A DNA stretch of 64,000 nt, taken from positions 32,320 through 96,319 of the forward strand of contig CATKZB010000003.1 of the NCBI GenBank assembly GCA_949841595.1, written 5' to 3'. Below, piece by piece: positions 1 through 9,952 of the stretch (within the stretch, counting starts at the first letter, position 1; every line of letters starts with the position of its first letter). Under the pieces are notes generated by a model, which saw nothing but the letters and a program-made list of their open reading frames with translations, was not told where the DNA came from and searched no databases. The translations under genes and the position numbers were made by a program. This DNA comes from an uncultured Christensenella sp. GTDB taxonomy: Bacteria; Bacillota; Clostridia; Christensenellales; UBA1242.

Positions 1-215
1 GCACCTCTTCCTCCAGTCAATCTTTCACCGATTTGCAATCTCTTGTCAGCTTTTGAAATCAAAAGAGCTTGTTTGTCTGTGTTGATTGCAACAAATTCAG
101 CCGAAGCAACATTTGCTTCAATCATACGGTTTACGGCGTTGTTTCCACCTCCACCAACTCCAAGAACTTTGATTTTTACTACTGAAGTAGAATTGTTTGT
201 AGCATTGTTTTCCAT
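1..215 (-). CDS. ftsZ: Cell-division GTPase FtsZ, N-terminal fragment (gene continues beyond left edge)
   Basis: My own minus-strand translation from the ATG at 213-215 gives [85 protein letters not shown] is the FtsZ N-terminal nucleotide-binding signature. It lies directly downstream of ftsA. It is absent from the ORF track because it is truncated. Confidence 0.9.
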   Translation of the reverse strand, partial: MENNATNNSTSVVKIKVLGVGGGGNNAVNRMIEANVASAEFVAINTDKQALLISKADKRLQIGERLTGGRG

Positions 216-304
216 AAGAAACTCCTTAATTTAAATTATTTTACAGCATAAACACAATTTTAGCAACAAATTTAATGTATTTTTAAACAATTTTAAGTTA
301 ATTT

Positions 305-1429
305 TTAGCTATTTTCATCGAGAGCTGCACTCACCAAGCCAAGCATGCTTGCATTTTCTGGCTTGTCCATTGCTGGAATTGGTGGAACACCATATGTAAT
401 ATTTCTGCCAATGCATTTTGCAAAGAAATCTTTTCCACCTTTGATTTTGCTCACCCCAGCCCCACACAAATAGATTGGATAATAAGGCACATATTCTTTT
501 GCAAAAAGTCTGATGCATTCATTCACGGTCTTGGCAATAAGTTCCAGTCTATAGCAAACAACTTCATTTGCAAAGTTTAGTGGAATCTTAACCACTCTGC
601 CACCCAAGGTGACAAGTTCATAAAAATCATTATCTCCACCTTTAAGGGAAAGCACAATTTGTTTTTTAAGGTTTCTTGCATCGTTGTATGCGATTCCACA
701 GGCTTCACTCAAATCACTGGTTACATATGATCCACCCATTGAGAATGATGTCAAATTTGTAAGTCCATCGCCTTTGACGAAAGCCACACTCGTTGACCTT
801 GCACCAACATCAATAACAATGCAAGTCCTTTCTCTCTCTTCTTTTTCCAAAATAAGCATTGCTTCACAAAGTGCTTCGCTTATATATTCAACTTGCTCAA
901 TTCCAATTCTTGTCCAAATTTTGTTGAAAGTTTGAATAAACGAACTTTGTGCCAAAATCACAGACAGTTCTGCAGAGATTTTGCTAGCTTTGATTTTAAG
1001 TGGTTCGGTCGTTTTTCTGCTATCATCCCAAGTGAAGTAAATTGGGTTGATTGACAAAACTTCCATCCCTTCCACGTCTATTTTGCTTGATGCATTTTCG
1101 GAAAGTGTTTGGATATCACTATCTTTCACAGCTCTTTTGAATTTGAATATCAATTGCTCTTTTGCAGAAACAACCTTTGAAAACTCTGCCGGAACACCAA
1201 CATATATTTTTTCTATTTTCTTCTTGTAAATTGACTGAATTTGTGCAAACAAGCTTTTGACTGCATCTTCCAAAAAGGATTTTTCGATAAATTCACCTTC
1301 AAAGAAGCCTGCATATTCAACCACAGCTTTTGCTTTAATGTTGAAAATGCCGTTAACTCCCCTTTGTGCCACAATACATGACAACTTTGAAGAGCCTATT
1401 TCAACAACAGTAACGCATTCTTTTGCCAT
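305..1429 (-). CDS. ftsA: Cell-division protein FtsA (actin-like ATPase)
   Basis: 374-aa ORF with actin-fold motifs (VVEIGSSK, IVIDVGARSTSVAF, LCGAGVSKIKG). It sits immediately upstream of ftsZ in the canonical order. Confidence 0.85.
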   Translation of the reverse strand: MAKECVTVVEIGSSKLSCIVAQRGVNGIFNIKAKAVVEYAGFFEGEFIEKSFLEDAVKSLFAQIQSIYKKKIEKIYVGVPAEFSKVVSAKEQLIFKFKRAVKDSDIQTLSENASSKIDVEGMEVLSINPIYFTWDDSRKTTEPLKIKASKISAELSVILAQSSFIQTFNKIWTRIGIEQVEYISEALCEAMLILEKEERERTCIVIDVGARSTSVAFVKGDGLTNLTSFSMGGSYVTSDLSEACGIAYNDARNLKKQIVLSLKGGDNDFYELVTLGGRVVKIPLNFANEVVCYRLELIAKTVNECIRLFAKEYVPYYPIYLCGAGVSKIKGGKDFFAKCIGRNITYGVPPIPAMDKPENASMLGLVSAALDENS

Positions 1430-1573
1430 AATCCCCTCTTAATATAAGACTATTTTAGATATTTTCTGACAAAATGTCAAACAAAAATCATATTTATACA
1501 TAAAAATTTAGTTTTTTTTATAATTATACATTTTTATATTTTTGTAAATTTTGGATAATCTATGATTAAAAAC

Positions 1574-1842
1574 TTGACAACATCAAAATTTGATGTTAAG
1601 ATTGTTGCATAATTGTCAGTGAAGGGAATGTTGACAAAACTTGTTTTTCAGAGAGTTTGTGGTTGGTGAAAACAAACAAACAGATTGTCATTTCCACCCC
1701 AGAGACATCTGCGATAAGCAGAGCCGATTGCATGGCACAATTTGCAAATTTGAGTGGGAGAACATCCAATTAGAGTGGCACCGTGGTGTGAAAGGCATCA
1801 TCTCTAGAAATCTTAATGATTTTTAGGGATTTTTTGTTTTAA
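1574..1842 (+). promoter_or_regulatory. Sigma-A-type promoter plus T-box leader (Ser) controlling serS
   Basis: TTGACA (1574-1579), a 17-nt spacer, then TAAGAT (1597-1602). The leader contains AGAGA and GGTGAAA stem-I elements and the conserved T-box core AATTAGAGTGGCACCGTGGTG (1768-1788). A T-run follows at about 1831-1840 before serS. A possible UCC-A specifier lies in ATTTCCACC. The 61-aa ORF at 1641-1826 lies inside this leader and is treated as spurious. Confidence 0.8.
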
Positions 1843-1966
1843 AACTAAAAAAAATCAAAAGGAGAACATATGTTCATAAATGCAAACAGAGTTTTCAAAA
1901 AAGTGAGCATATCCCATATGAGATAAACTTTTTGGCTAAACAAAATATATTTTAAGGAGAATAAAA

Positions 1967-3256
1967 ATGATTGATATAAATTTGATAAGAACAAACAAAC
2001 AACTTGTAAAAGAAAACATAAAGAAAAAATTTCAAGATCAAAAACTTCCTCTTGTGGATGAAGTGGAAGAACTTGACAAAAAATATCGTGCTTTGAAGCA
2101 AGAAGGAGATAATTTGAGAGCTGGAAGAAACTCTCTTTCTTCTCAGATTGGTCTTTTGATGAAAGAAAAAAAATTGGAAGAAGCAAACAAAATCAAAGAA
2201 CAAGTTAAGAAAAACAATGAACGCATTGCCGAAATTGAAAAAGAAGAAGAGATTTTGGAAGGAAAAATCAAAACTATTATGATGACAATTCCAAACATCA
2301 TCGATGAAAGCGTACCTGTAGGCAAAGATGACAGTGAAAATGTGGAAATTCAAAAATTTGGAGATCCAAAAGTGCCAGAATTTGAAATTCCTTATCATGC
2401 AGACATTCTCGACAGTTTTTGCTCTTTAGATAAAGACAGTGCTGGAAGAACAAGTGGAAATGGCTTTTATTTTCTTATGGGAGACGGTGCAAGGCTTGTC
2501 AGTGCAATGATAAGCTATGCAAGAGACTTTATGATTGAAAAAGGCTTCACATATTGCATCCCACCTTTCATGATAAGAGGAGATGTCGTCAACGGCGTTA
2601 TGAGTTTTGCTGAAATGGATGCCATGATGTATAAAATTGAAGGTGAAGACCTATATTTGATTGGCACAAGTGAGCACTCAATGATTGGAAAATTTAAAGG
2701 TCAAATCATAAACGAAAATCAACTTCCAATCACAATGACTTCATACAGCCCTTGCTTCAGAAAAGAAGTTGGAGCACACGGGATTGAAGAAAGAGGAATT
2801 TACAGAGTTCATCAATTTGAAAAACAAGAAATGGTGGTGTTGTGCAAACCAGAAGAGAGCATGGATTGGTATAACAAAATGTGGAATTTCTCAGTTGAAC
2901 TCTTCAGAAGTTTAAATATCCCAGTCAGAACGCTTGAATGTTGCAGTGGAGATTTGGCAGATTTAAAAGTTAAAAGTTGCGATATAGAAGCTTGGAGTCC
3001 AAGACAAAAGAAATATTTTGAAGTTTGCTCTTGCTCAACTCTTGGAGATGCACAAGCAAGAAGACTTGGAATCCGTGCAAAAGGAGAAAAAGGGACTTAT
3101 TATCTTCACACCCTAAACAACACAGTGCTTGCTTCAACCCGAGCTTTGATAGCCCTTTTGGAAAACAACTTGCAAGCAGATGGAACAGTAGTTGTTCCAA
3201 AACCACTTCAAATGTATATGGGTGGAAAAACTGTTCTTAAACCAATAAAAAAATAA
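1967..3256 (+). CDS. serS: Seryl-tRNA synthetase
   Basis: 429 aa. It has the N-terminal coiled-coil arm (MIDINLIRTNKQLVKENIKKK...) and class-II core motifs (FRKEVGAHG, HQFEKQEM, TLNNTVLA), and is preceded by a T-box leader. Confidence 0.95.
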   Translation: MIDINLIRTNKQLVKENIKKKFQDQKLPLVDEVEELDKKYRALKQEGDNLRAGRNSLSSQIGLLMKEKKLEEANKIKEQVKKNNERIAEIEKEEEILEGKIKTIMMTIPNIIDESVPVGKDDSENVEIQKFGDPKVPEFEIPYHADILDSFCSLDKDSAGRTSGNGFYFLMGDGARLVSAMISYARDFMIEKGFTYCIPPFMIRGDVVNGVMSFAEMDAMMYKIEGEDLYLIGTSEHSMIGKFKGQIINENQLPITMTSYSPCFRKEVGAHGIEERGIYRVHQFEKQEMVVLCKPEESMDWYNKMWNFSVELFRSLNIPVRTLECCSGDLADLKVKSCDIEAWSPRQKKYFEVCSCSTLGDAQARRLGIRAKGEKGTYYLHTLNNTVLASTRALIALLENNLQADGTVVVPKPLQMYMGGKTVLKPIKK

Positions 3257-3277
3257 GAAGGTTTTTGCCTTCTTTTT

Positions 3278-4687
3278 TTATTTTAAGTTGTCTGGAAGAT
3301 CATTTTCAAACAAAACCACATCACCCTTTTGGAGAATTTTCTTCAAAATCTCTTTTTGTTCTGATCGAGTGTTTGCATAATAGATTTCGCTTAAACCACC
3401 CTCTTTTGCTCCATCATTCAATGCCTTTTTGTTTGTTTGATTCATAATCACAAAAATGTCAGCAACTTTGGCAATCTCTTTGCCTATATCATAGTTCACT
3501 TTTTCCTGTTGCTTTCCAAGTTCAACAATGCCTGGCGAAACCACAATTTTTTTCCCTTCAAAACTTGCCAAAACTTCCAACGCTTGTTTGAAACCTTCAA
3601 AGTTGCTGTTGTAAGAATCATCGATAACATCAACAAATTGACCTTTTATAAGTTCCAATCGATGTGGCGTTGGTTGAATATGTTTGATTGCATTTTGAAT
3701 GTTATACAAACTTTCCCCCAACAAATATGCCATTGCCGTGGCCACCACAATGTTGTCTATGTTTGCCTTTCCCAAAAGTTTTGTTTGGCACAAAAATTGT
3801 TTCCCGTCCAACATCATAACGAACTCTGTGCCATCAGAATTTGAAACAGCATCTTTTGCATAAGCAAAACTCCCTTCTTCACAAACAAGATATTTCTTTT
3901 GAGGATATTTTTTATAAAGTTTTTTTGTAGACTTGCTCTTTCCATTGAAGATGACAACATCTTTTGTGTTTTCACATAATTCATATTTTGTCTTTTCAAT
4001 GTTTTCAATGCTGCCAAAAGTTTCCAAATGGCAATTGCCTATTGGAGTCATAATTCCAAAATCAACGCCCACATATTTTGCCAGGAAACCAATGTCGCCC
4101 ACATGTCTTGCTCCCATTTCAACAATAAAAAATTCGTCAGTTTCTTTCAAATCTTCCAAAATGGTTTTGCAGATTCCCATCGGAGTATTATAGCTTTTTG
4201 GTGTTGCACACACATCAAACTCTTCAGCCAAAATCTGGTACAGTATATTTTTTGTGGAAGTTTTTCCAAAACTCCCTGTTATTGCAATCTTCTTGCAATT
4301 CAATTTTTGAAGCTTTCTTTTTGCTTTTTTTAAATAATGCAATTTAATCAATTCTTCCATAGGTTTTGCAACAGCAAATAAAATGACAATCACAATTGGG
4401 CTAAACAAAATCAAAACAATGCTTAAGCCAAAATTTATCCAAAAATAAGGAATAAGCCCAAAAAACAGAAGAAAATAAGCAAAATTCAATAAAAAATTGA
4501 TTAAAATCAATCTTTTTACTCTTTTTGTGAAAATTAATTTGTTTTTATCTCCAAAAGAAAAATCAAATCTCACAATATTTTTTATGTAACGTTTTATTTT
4601 GTAATTTTCCAACTGAAAATTTTTTATGAAGATAAATCCAATCAAAGTTAGCCCAACCGAAATTAAAAATGCATACAAAACAAACAT
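3278..4687 (-). CDS. MurF-like Mur ligase with an N-terminal multi-pass membrane region replacing the usual domain 1
   Basis: MurF-type motifs are present: ITGSFGKTSTK (P-loop), FFIVEMGARHVGDI, MTPIGNCHLETFGS, DDSYNSNFEGF. The first ~115 aa are strongly hydrophobic (MFVLYAFLISVGLTLIGFIFI; LILINFLLNFAYFLLFFGLIPYFWINFGLSIVLILFSPIVIVILFAVA). Confidence 0.75.
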   Translation of the reverse strand: MFVLYAFLISVGLTLIGFIFIKNFQLENYKIKRYIKNIVRFDFSFGDKNKLIFTKRVKRLILINFLLNFAYFLLFFGLIPYFWINFGLSIVLILFSPIVIVILFAVAKPMEELIKLHYLKKAKRKLQKLNCKKIAITGSFGKTSTKNILYQILAEEFDVCATPKSYNTPMGICKTILEDLKETDEFFIVEMGARHVGDIGFLAKYVGVDFGIMTPIGNCHLETFGSIENIEKTKYELCENTKDVVIFNGKSKSTKKLYKKYPQKKYLVCEEGSFAYAKDAVSNSDGTEFVMMLDGKQFLCQTKLLGKANIDNIVVATAMAYLLGESLYNIQNAIKHIQPTPHRLELIKGQFVDVIDDSYNSNFEGFKQALEVLASFEGKKIVVSPGIVELGKQQEKVNYDIGKEIAKVADIFVIMNQTNKKALNDGAKEGGLSEIYYANTRSEQKEILKKILQKGDVVLFENDLPDNLK

Positions 4688-4696
4688 AATTTCCTC

Positions 4697-5422
4697 CTAG
4701 TTTTCTTTAATAAATTTTTCTAGCTGTGACAGAAATTCCAATCGTCTTTCAACAAAGCAAAAATGTCCAGCGCCTTCAAGCAAAACAAGTTTTGAATTTT
4801 TTATTTTCCTTTTAAACTTTTTAGCCATATATATTGGTGTTGTTTTATCTTCTTTTCCGAAAATAACCAAAGTTTTTGCACGTATGAATGGCAAGAAATC
4901 ATCAAGATGTGTGTTTACAATGCTGTTGAAAACCTTTTTCATATTTTTGTCTAGGGCAAGATAATCACAGCTCCCATATTTTGAAACATCCAATCCCAAT
5001 TTCTTTTTCAATTTGTAAGTGTAGACCTTTAAGTAATACCACAAGCTTCTTCTGGGTTTCAGCCCTGCACTATCTACTAAAACCACCTTCTGAACTTCTT
5101 CTTTGCAAAGCACTGCCATAATAATAGATATCCTTCCACCAAAAGAGTGACCTATCAAATTGAGTTTTTTAAGTTTTAAATGCTGACATAACGATATCAC
5201 CATATTTGCATATGTAAAAACATTCCAATCTTTTGGAAACTTGTCACTTTCGCCAAAAGGTGGAAAATCAATAAAAAGTGAATTTTGCTTTTTTAAATGG
5301 TCTTGGCAAAACAAAAGGCTTTTGTGATTTGCTCCCCAACCATGCAAATAGACATTTGTGACATCACTTTTTTTATCTATAAATTTATAAAATATTTTGG
5401 TGTTTCTATAAACATATATCAT
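4697..5422 (-). CDS. Alpha/beta-fold hydrolase
   Basis: 241 aa with an HGWG oxyanion-type motif, the GHSFGG nucleophile elbow and a C-terminal GAGHF motif. Confidence 0.75.
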   Translation of the reverse strand: MIYVYRNTKIFYKFIDKKSDVTNVYLHGWGANHKSLLFCQDHLKKQNSLFIDFPPFGESDKFPKDWNVFTYANMVISLCQHLKLKKLNLIGHSFGGRISIIMAVLCKEEVQKVVLVDSAGLKPRRSLWYYLKVYTYKLKKKLGLDVSKYGSCDYLALDKNMKKVFNSIVNTHLDDFLPFIRAKTLVIFGKEDKTTPIYMAKKFKRKIKNSKLVLLEGAGHFCFVERRLEFLSQLEKFIKEN

Positions 5423-5431
5423 AAAATCAGT

Positions 5432-6757
5432 TTATGAAATAAAATTATTTTTGTGTAAAATAACCGGCAAATCTCCAGCTCCCAAAAACAACAAAACTGC
5501 ACAACTTTTTTTTAATTGCATTAAAAATTCAAAAAGGTCTTCATAATTATCAAAATATTTTGCATTTTCATTACAATTTTTCAATATTTCAGTAAATCTT
5601 TTTGCACTCATTCCCTCATCTTCTCTTTCTCGAGCAGAATAAGTTTTGAAAAAAACAGGTATTTCAACATCCTTAAAAACATCAATAAACTCAGGTAAGA
5701 GTGTTTTAGTTCGGCTGAAAGTATGTGGCTGAAAGATTGTAATTAATGTTTTGTTTTTGTAAAGTTTTTTTGCTGTCTTTATGGCTTTGGAAATTTCTGT
5801 TGGATGATGAGCATAATCACAAATAACATTGTCAAAATATTGACAATCAACTTTTTCAAAACGTGTTGACACTCCTTTAAATCTCTCCAACCCCATTTTT
5901 ATATAACAATCAGGTATTTGCAAAAGTTTTGCAACCTGATATGCATAAATGCAGTTCTGTGTATTAATTTCTTCACATATGTGCAAATGTAAATCCATAA
6001 TTTTTTTGTTGCCTTCGCAAAGCGAAAAAAGCAAGTAACCATTTTTGTCATGACGTAAATTTTTCGCATGCAAATTATTTTGTCCTTCCACCACAATTTC
6101 AGATTGTTTTCTGAACTGCTCAAAAGAACTTAGCTGCCTTTCAAAAGTTTTAAAATAATCCATATGCTCTTTCTCAACATTTGTGACAACGCTGATATAT
6201 GGAAATAGATTTAAAAAGTTGTCATGATATTCGCAAGCTTCTGTAACAAAAAATTCATTCCCACCATTTTCGTAATTTTGACCATCTTCAATTCTAAAGC
6301 CACCCAAATGCAGTGTAGGATTTTTGCCGGCACACTTCAATATTTCATAAATCATTGCTGTTGTGGTGGTTTTTCCGTGTGAACCTGCAACTGCAATCAC
6401 TTTTTCAAAATCATTTGCAAGCATCCCCAAAAGTTGCCCACGAGTGAGCATCTTTTTTCTATGTTTCTTTGCACATAAATAATGTGGATTGTCTTCTTTG
6501 ATTGCAGACGATAAGACAATGACATCAGCGTTTTTTATTTTTTCTTCGTTGAGCACTAAATCCACCATAATTGAGTGTTTTTCCAAAATCTGTGTTGCTC
6601 TAGAAAAAGTAATATCGCTTCCACCAACTTCAAAGCCTTTTTCTTTAAGCATTATTGCAATAACGGACATAGAAACTCCACCTATGCCCATAAGATAATA
6701 TTTTGCTTTTGTGTCGAATTTTGATGTTTTGTTTTTCTTTAGATTAATCTGTTCCAT
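5432..6757 (-). CDS. murC: UDP-N-acetylmuramate--L-alanine ligase
   Basis: 441 aa with the N-terminal Rossmann motif YLMGIGGVSMSVIAIMLKEKGFEVGGSD and the Mur ligase P-loop AGSHGKTTTTAMI. Confidence 0.9.
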   Translation of the reverse strand: MEQINLKKNKTSKFDTKAKYYLMGIGGVSMSVIAIMLKEKGFEVGGSDITFSRATQILEKHSIMVDLVLNEEKIKNADVIVLSSAIKEDNPHYLCAKKHRKKMLTRGQLLGMLANDFEKVIAVAGSHGKTTTTAMIYEILKCAGKNPTLHLGGFRIEDGQNYENGGNEFFVTEACEYHDNFLNLFPYISVVTNVEKEHMDYFKTFERQLSSFEQFRKQSEIVVEGQNNLHAKNLRHDKNGYLLFSLCEGNKKIMDLHLHICEEINTQNCIYAYQVAKLLQIPDCYIKMGLERFKGVSTRFEKVDCQYFDNVICDYAHHPTEISKAIKTAKKLYKNKTLITIFQPHTFSRTKTLLPEFIDVFKDVEIPVFFKTYSAREREDEGMSAKRFTEILKNCNENAKYFDNYEDLFEFLMQLKKSCAVLLFLGAGDLPVILHKNNFIS

Positions 6758-6882
6758 ATTTGGTTTATATGAAAAAGAAAAAATATTTGATAATTTTGTA
6801 AATTCTTTTGCAATTCATTTTTAGTGTGCTATAATGAAATAAACCAAAGGTGGTTAATCTAAAAAAAGGAAGGTACACAAAC

Positions 6883-7158
6883 TTGAATATTACGGACATT
6901 AGAGTAAGACTTGTAAACAACAGCAACAATGACAAACTTAAAGCAGTTGCTTCAATCACAATTGATGACGAAATCGTTGTTCATGACATCAAAGTCATCA
7001 ACGGCAAAGACGGATATTTCCTTTCAATGCCAAACAGAAAAACAAATGAAGGCGAATTTAAGGATATCGTTCATCCAATCAAAACTGAAGTTAGAGAAGC
7101 TTTAAAAGAAAAGATTCTTGCTGAATATGAAAAAGCACTTGCAAGTGCAAACAACTAA
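6883..7158 (+). CDS. spoVG: Septation/sporulation regulator SpoVG
   Basis: (M)NITDIRVRLVNNSNNDKLKAVASITIDDEIVVHDIKVINGKDGYFLSMPNRK is the typical SpoVG N-terminus. The likely start is the TTG at 6883, 9 nt after the AAAGGAAGG RBS. The track ORF begins earlier, at 6850. Confidence 0.9.
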   Translation: MNITDIRVRLVNNSNNDKLKAVASITIDDEIVVHDIKVINGKDGYFLSMPNRKTNEGEFKDIVHPIKTEVREALKEKILAEYEKALASANN

Positions 7159-7162
7159 AAAT

Positions 7163-7190
7163 AAAAAAGCCACAATAAGTGGCTTTTTTA
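7163..7190. terminator. Bidirectional intrinsic terminator between convergent spoVG and ypeB
   Basis: GCCAC (7169-7173), loop AATAA, GTGGC (7179-7183), flanked by an A-run and a T-run. Confidence 0.7.
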
Positions 7191-7194
7191 TTTT

Positions 7195-8574
7195 TTACAT
7201 CAATTTGCTTCCATCGTCTGTCTTGACAACTTTCAAGATGTTTTCTTCTTTACCAGTTTGTGCATTTAAATAAATGTAATATGTTGATCCGTTTCGTTCA
7301 CACTCAAATTCCAAACACAAAACTTCTCTGTTATAGTCAAGTGGCGACAAACATAATCTTTCATTTTTAATGTTGAAAGAGTCATTTATATTTTCCCTTG
7401 CCTTATCAAATGAAATTAACGCATTGGAAAGAGTTCTGTCAGTATGGTTTGTCCAGTATGCAATAGAATCATACCCTATAACATCACCCTTTTCCATATC
7501 AATCTTAACTTTCACTAAATCTGGATAAAGAATGATTCCGTTTTGTTTTGGTGCAATATTGAAATATGCCTGACTTTTCAAAATTTCATCCCAAACAATT
7601 GTAGCATCTTCCACGCCATTTTCTTTGGCAAAATCCAATGCAATTTTTTCTGCTTGTTCTTTGCTTATGTTTTTAACATCTGATTCTACACTTCCACTGA
7701 CAGTCAAAACATGACCACCAATTTTTGTTGCTTGAACATAAAGCTTTTGGCCATCAGAATTTGTTAATGTATAGTTGTATGTATTAAATCTTCCATCGGT
7801 TTGCCCTTGATATTTGATGCTTGAAACGTTTTTGAAAATCTCATCTATCTTTTTGTAAACATCTTCTTTTGACATTTCGTTTCCAGAAAGCCCTTTAACT
7901 TTTTGATTTACAACTGAGTCAGAGAATGGACCGTCGTATATCATTGTTGGATAATCTGCGTCATCTGTTTTAACTTGAGCAAAATCCAATGTAAACTCAT
8001 CATATTCACCATTCATTCTTGAACTTGCTTCCAAAATGCTGTAACCATGAAGCATTTTGTTTGACAAATGATTGAGATATCTCTTCATTTCTGTCAAAGA
8101 TTCGTGCATATCATTTAAAGTTTTTAAGTCTTGTTCTGTCAAACTTCCACCTTTTGAAACTTTATCTTCCAAAGTTTTTGAATAGCCGGACATTTGATTG
8201 ATAAATCTCACACTTTCCAAAATATTCTCACCAGTAAGAGGAAGTGCTGCAATGCTACTTTGCATTTCTTTAGCATTTTGAGAAATCTCACTAAGCATTT
8301 TTGCTTGATAATCTTCATTATCTGATGCCAAAAGTTTGCTTATTTGCATATCTGAAGAGTTTACACTATCAACAAGTTCGTAATAGTTTTTCTTATAAAT
8401 ATTTTCAAGTTGCATTGAATATCCACTAGCTTGACCTTGAGTGATTCCGTATGCAATTCCAAGTCCAAGTGTTGTTGCTCCCAAAATTCCTGTTGCAACA
8501 GACAACCCTATGATTGCCCCTTTGCTACCTTTGTTTGTTTTGTTTTTTTCGTTTCTATTTTCTTGATTTTTCAT
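7195..8574 (-). CDS. ypeB: Germination protein YpeB (PepSY-domain, membrane-anchored)
   Basis: 459 aa with an N-terminal TM segment (AIIGLSVATGILGATTLGLGIAYGI) and a YpeB-like architecture. It sits immediately downstream of sleB, as in the conserved sleB-ypeB operon. Confidence 0.8.
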   Translation of the reverse strand: MKNQENRNEKNKTNKGSKGAIIGLSVATGILGATTLGLGIAYGITQGQASGYSMQLENIYKKNYYELVDSVNSSDMQISKLLASDNEDYQAKMLSEISQNAKEMQSSIAALPLTGENILESVRFINQMSGYSKTLEDKVSKGGSLTEQDLKTLNDMHESLTEMKRYLNHLSNKMLHGYSILEASSRMNGEYDEFTLDFAQVKTDDADYPTMIYDGPFSDSVVNQKVKGLSGNEMSKEDVYKKIDEIFKNVSSIKYQGQTDGRFNTYNYTLTNSDGQKLYVQATKIGGHVLTVSGSVESDVKNISKEQAEKIALDFAKENGVEDATIVWDEILKSQAYFNIAPKQNGIILYPDLVKVKIDMEKGDVIGYDSIAYWTNHTDRTLSNALISFDKARENINDSFNIKNERLCLSPLDYNREVLCLEFECERNGSTYYIYLNAQTGKEENILKVVKTDDGSKLM

Positions 8575-8584
8575 TCAATCCTCC

Positions 8585-9265
8585 TTACACTGCAAACACA
8601 TGGTTTCCGATTGTAACCGTGGTCTTTTTGTTGTAAATCCATTTGTTTGTAGCTGTTTTTGCATTGTAATAATACAAAGCTCCATATGTAGGATCCCAAC
8701 CATTCATAGCATCTCTTGCAGCGTTATAAGCAGATTGATTTGGCTCTAAGTTTATCTGACCATCATTTACAGCAGTGAAAGCCCAAGGTTGATAGATTAC
8801 ACCTGCAATAGTATTTGGGAAATCGGCACTCTTAACTCTGTTTAAGATAACAGCAGCGACTGCAACTTGTCCAACATAACTTTCCCCACGAGCTTCTGCA
8901 TGAATACATTTTGCAAGCAAATAAAGATCGTTGTTTGAAGTTGTGTTGTCATCAGACTTTAATGTAATTCCCATCGCTTTGGCAGTTTTTGGTCCAACAA
9001 CGCCATCCACTGCAAGTCCATTTTTACTTTGAAACAATCTGACAGCCTTTCTTGTTTGATTTCCATAAATTCCATCAACTGTTCCTTTATAATAACCCCA
9101 TCTTTTCAACTTTGTTTGCACAGTTCTTGTTTGACTTGATGTCAAAGCAGCCTCTGCAACCTCAATGTTTGACTGTATGTAATTTGTTGTTACCACAGCA
9201 ACAGCGCCCATAGACATAATTGCAAAAAGCACAGCAAATGTCAGGGCAATCAATTTTTTCTTCAT
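8585..9265 (-). CDS. sleB: Spore cortex-lytic enzyme SleB
   Basis: It has a signal peptide, a peptidoglycan-binding repeat (LKRWGYYKGTVDGIYGNQTRKAVRLFQSKNGLAVDGVVGPKT) and a C-terminal SleB/CwlJ hydrolase domain (CIHAEARGESYVGQVAVAAVILNRV). Confidence 0.9.
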   Translation of the reverse strand: MKKKLIALTFAVLFAIMSMGAVAVVTTNYIQSNIEVAEAALTSSQTRTVQTKLKRWGYYKGTVDGIYGNQTRKAVRLFQSKNGLAVDGVVGPKTAKAMGITLKSDDNTTSNNDLYLLAKCIHAEARGESYVGQVAVAAVILNRVKSADFPNTIAGVIYQPWAFTAVNDGQINLEPNQSAYNAARDAMNGWDPTYGALYYYNAKTATNKWIYNKKTTVTIGNHVFAV

Positions 9266-9293
9266 GTTTTTATCTTTCTCCTTTTTTGAACGT

Positions 9294-9815
9294 TTAAGTT
9301 ACACTATTTATAATTTCCCAAATTTTGGAAATATACTCATAATTCTCAGGATTTTTTGAAGAAACAAAGCAAACAGCAGGAAACACAACACACCACCAAT
9401 TGTCACCCTTAGCTTCACCTAAATCAATTTTTAAACATTCATAAACCCCTTCTTCAAGCACCAAATTGCCATATGCACGTGTGGGCATATCCTCTTGCGT
9501 TACAGAAATGCTGGCAGAATAATTTTTGCCTTCATTTTTCAAAATCAGTTTCACTATCTCAGTCAATTTTGTTAAGTTTGAACAAACAACTGCTTTTGCT
9601 TCTTCTTTATTTTCAGCCATAGAAAGTTCAGGAATCAAAAACTCAACCACTGCATCTTTAACTTTATATTTGATGTTTTGATCTTCCACAGAATTTGAAT
9701 TTGCAGTAATATGAATCCTTATATAATCATTATCCAATTGTACTTTATTTCCTCCACATAAGAATATTGCACAACAAACAGCGACAAGCCCTAAAAATGA
9801 CAAGATGTATTTCAT
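9294..9815 (-). CDS. spoIIR: Stage II sporulation protein R
   Basis: 173 aa with a signal/anchor segment followed by IRIHITANSNSVEDQNIKYKVKDAVVEFL, the characteristic SpoIIR motif. Confidence 0.85.
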   Translation of the reverse strand: MKYILSFLGLVAVCCAIFLCGGNKVQLDNDYIRIHITANSNSVEDQNIKYKVKDAVVEFLIPELSMAENKEEAKAVVCSNLTKLTEIVKLILKNEGKNYSASISVTQEDMPTRAYGNLVLEEGVYECLKIDLGEAKGDNWWCVVFPAVCFVSSKNPENYEYISKIWEIINSVT

Positions 9816-9952
9816 AAAAATCTCCTTAAGAGAATATTTGTCAGAAAAATGATAAAAAAACCACTGTTTTAGTGGTTTTTTTGACGATTTTTTAAATCTT
9901 TTTTAATTATTTAAACAAAAAGGGATTATTTTTTTCTTTTGTAATAATTGTT

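Noticed and set aside
1641-1826. 61-aa plus-strand ORF upstream of serS
   Set aside because: It lies entirely inside the T-box leader and has no RBS.
6850-6882. Longer N-terminal extension of SpoVG as given in the ORF track
   Set aside because: The RBS AAAGGAAGG sits inside it, and SpoVG homologs begin at MNITD-like sequences. The TTG at 6883 is the more likely start.
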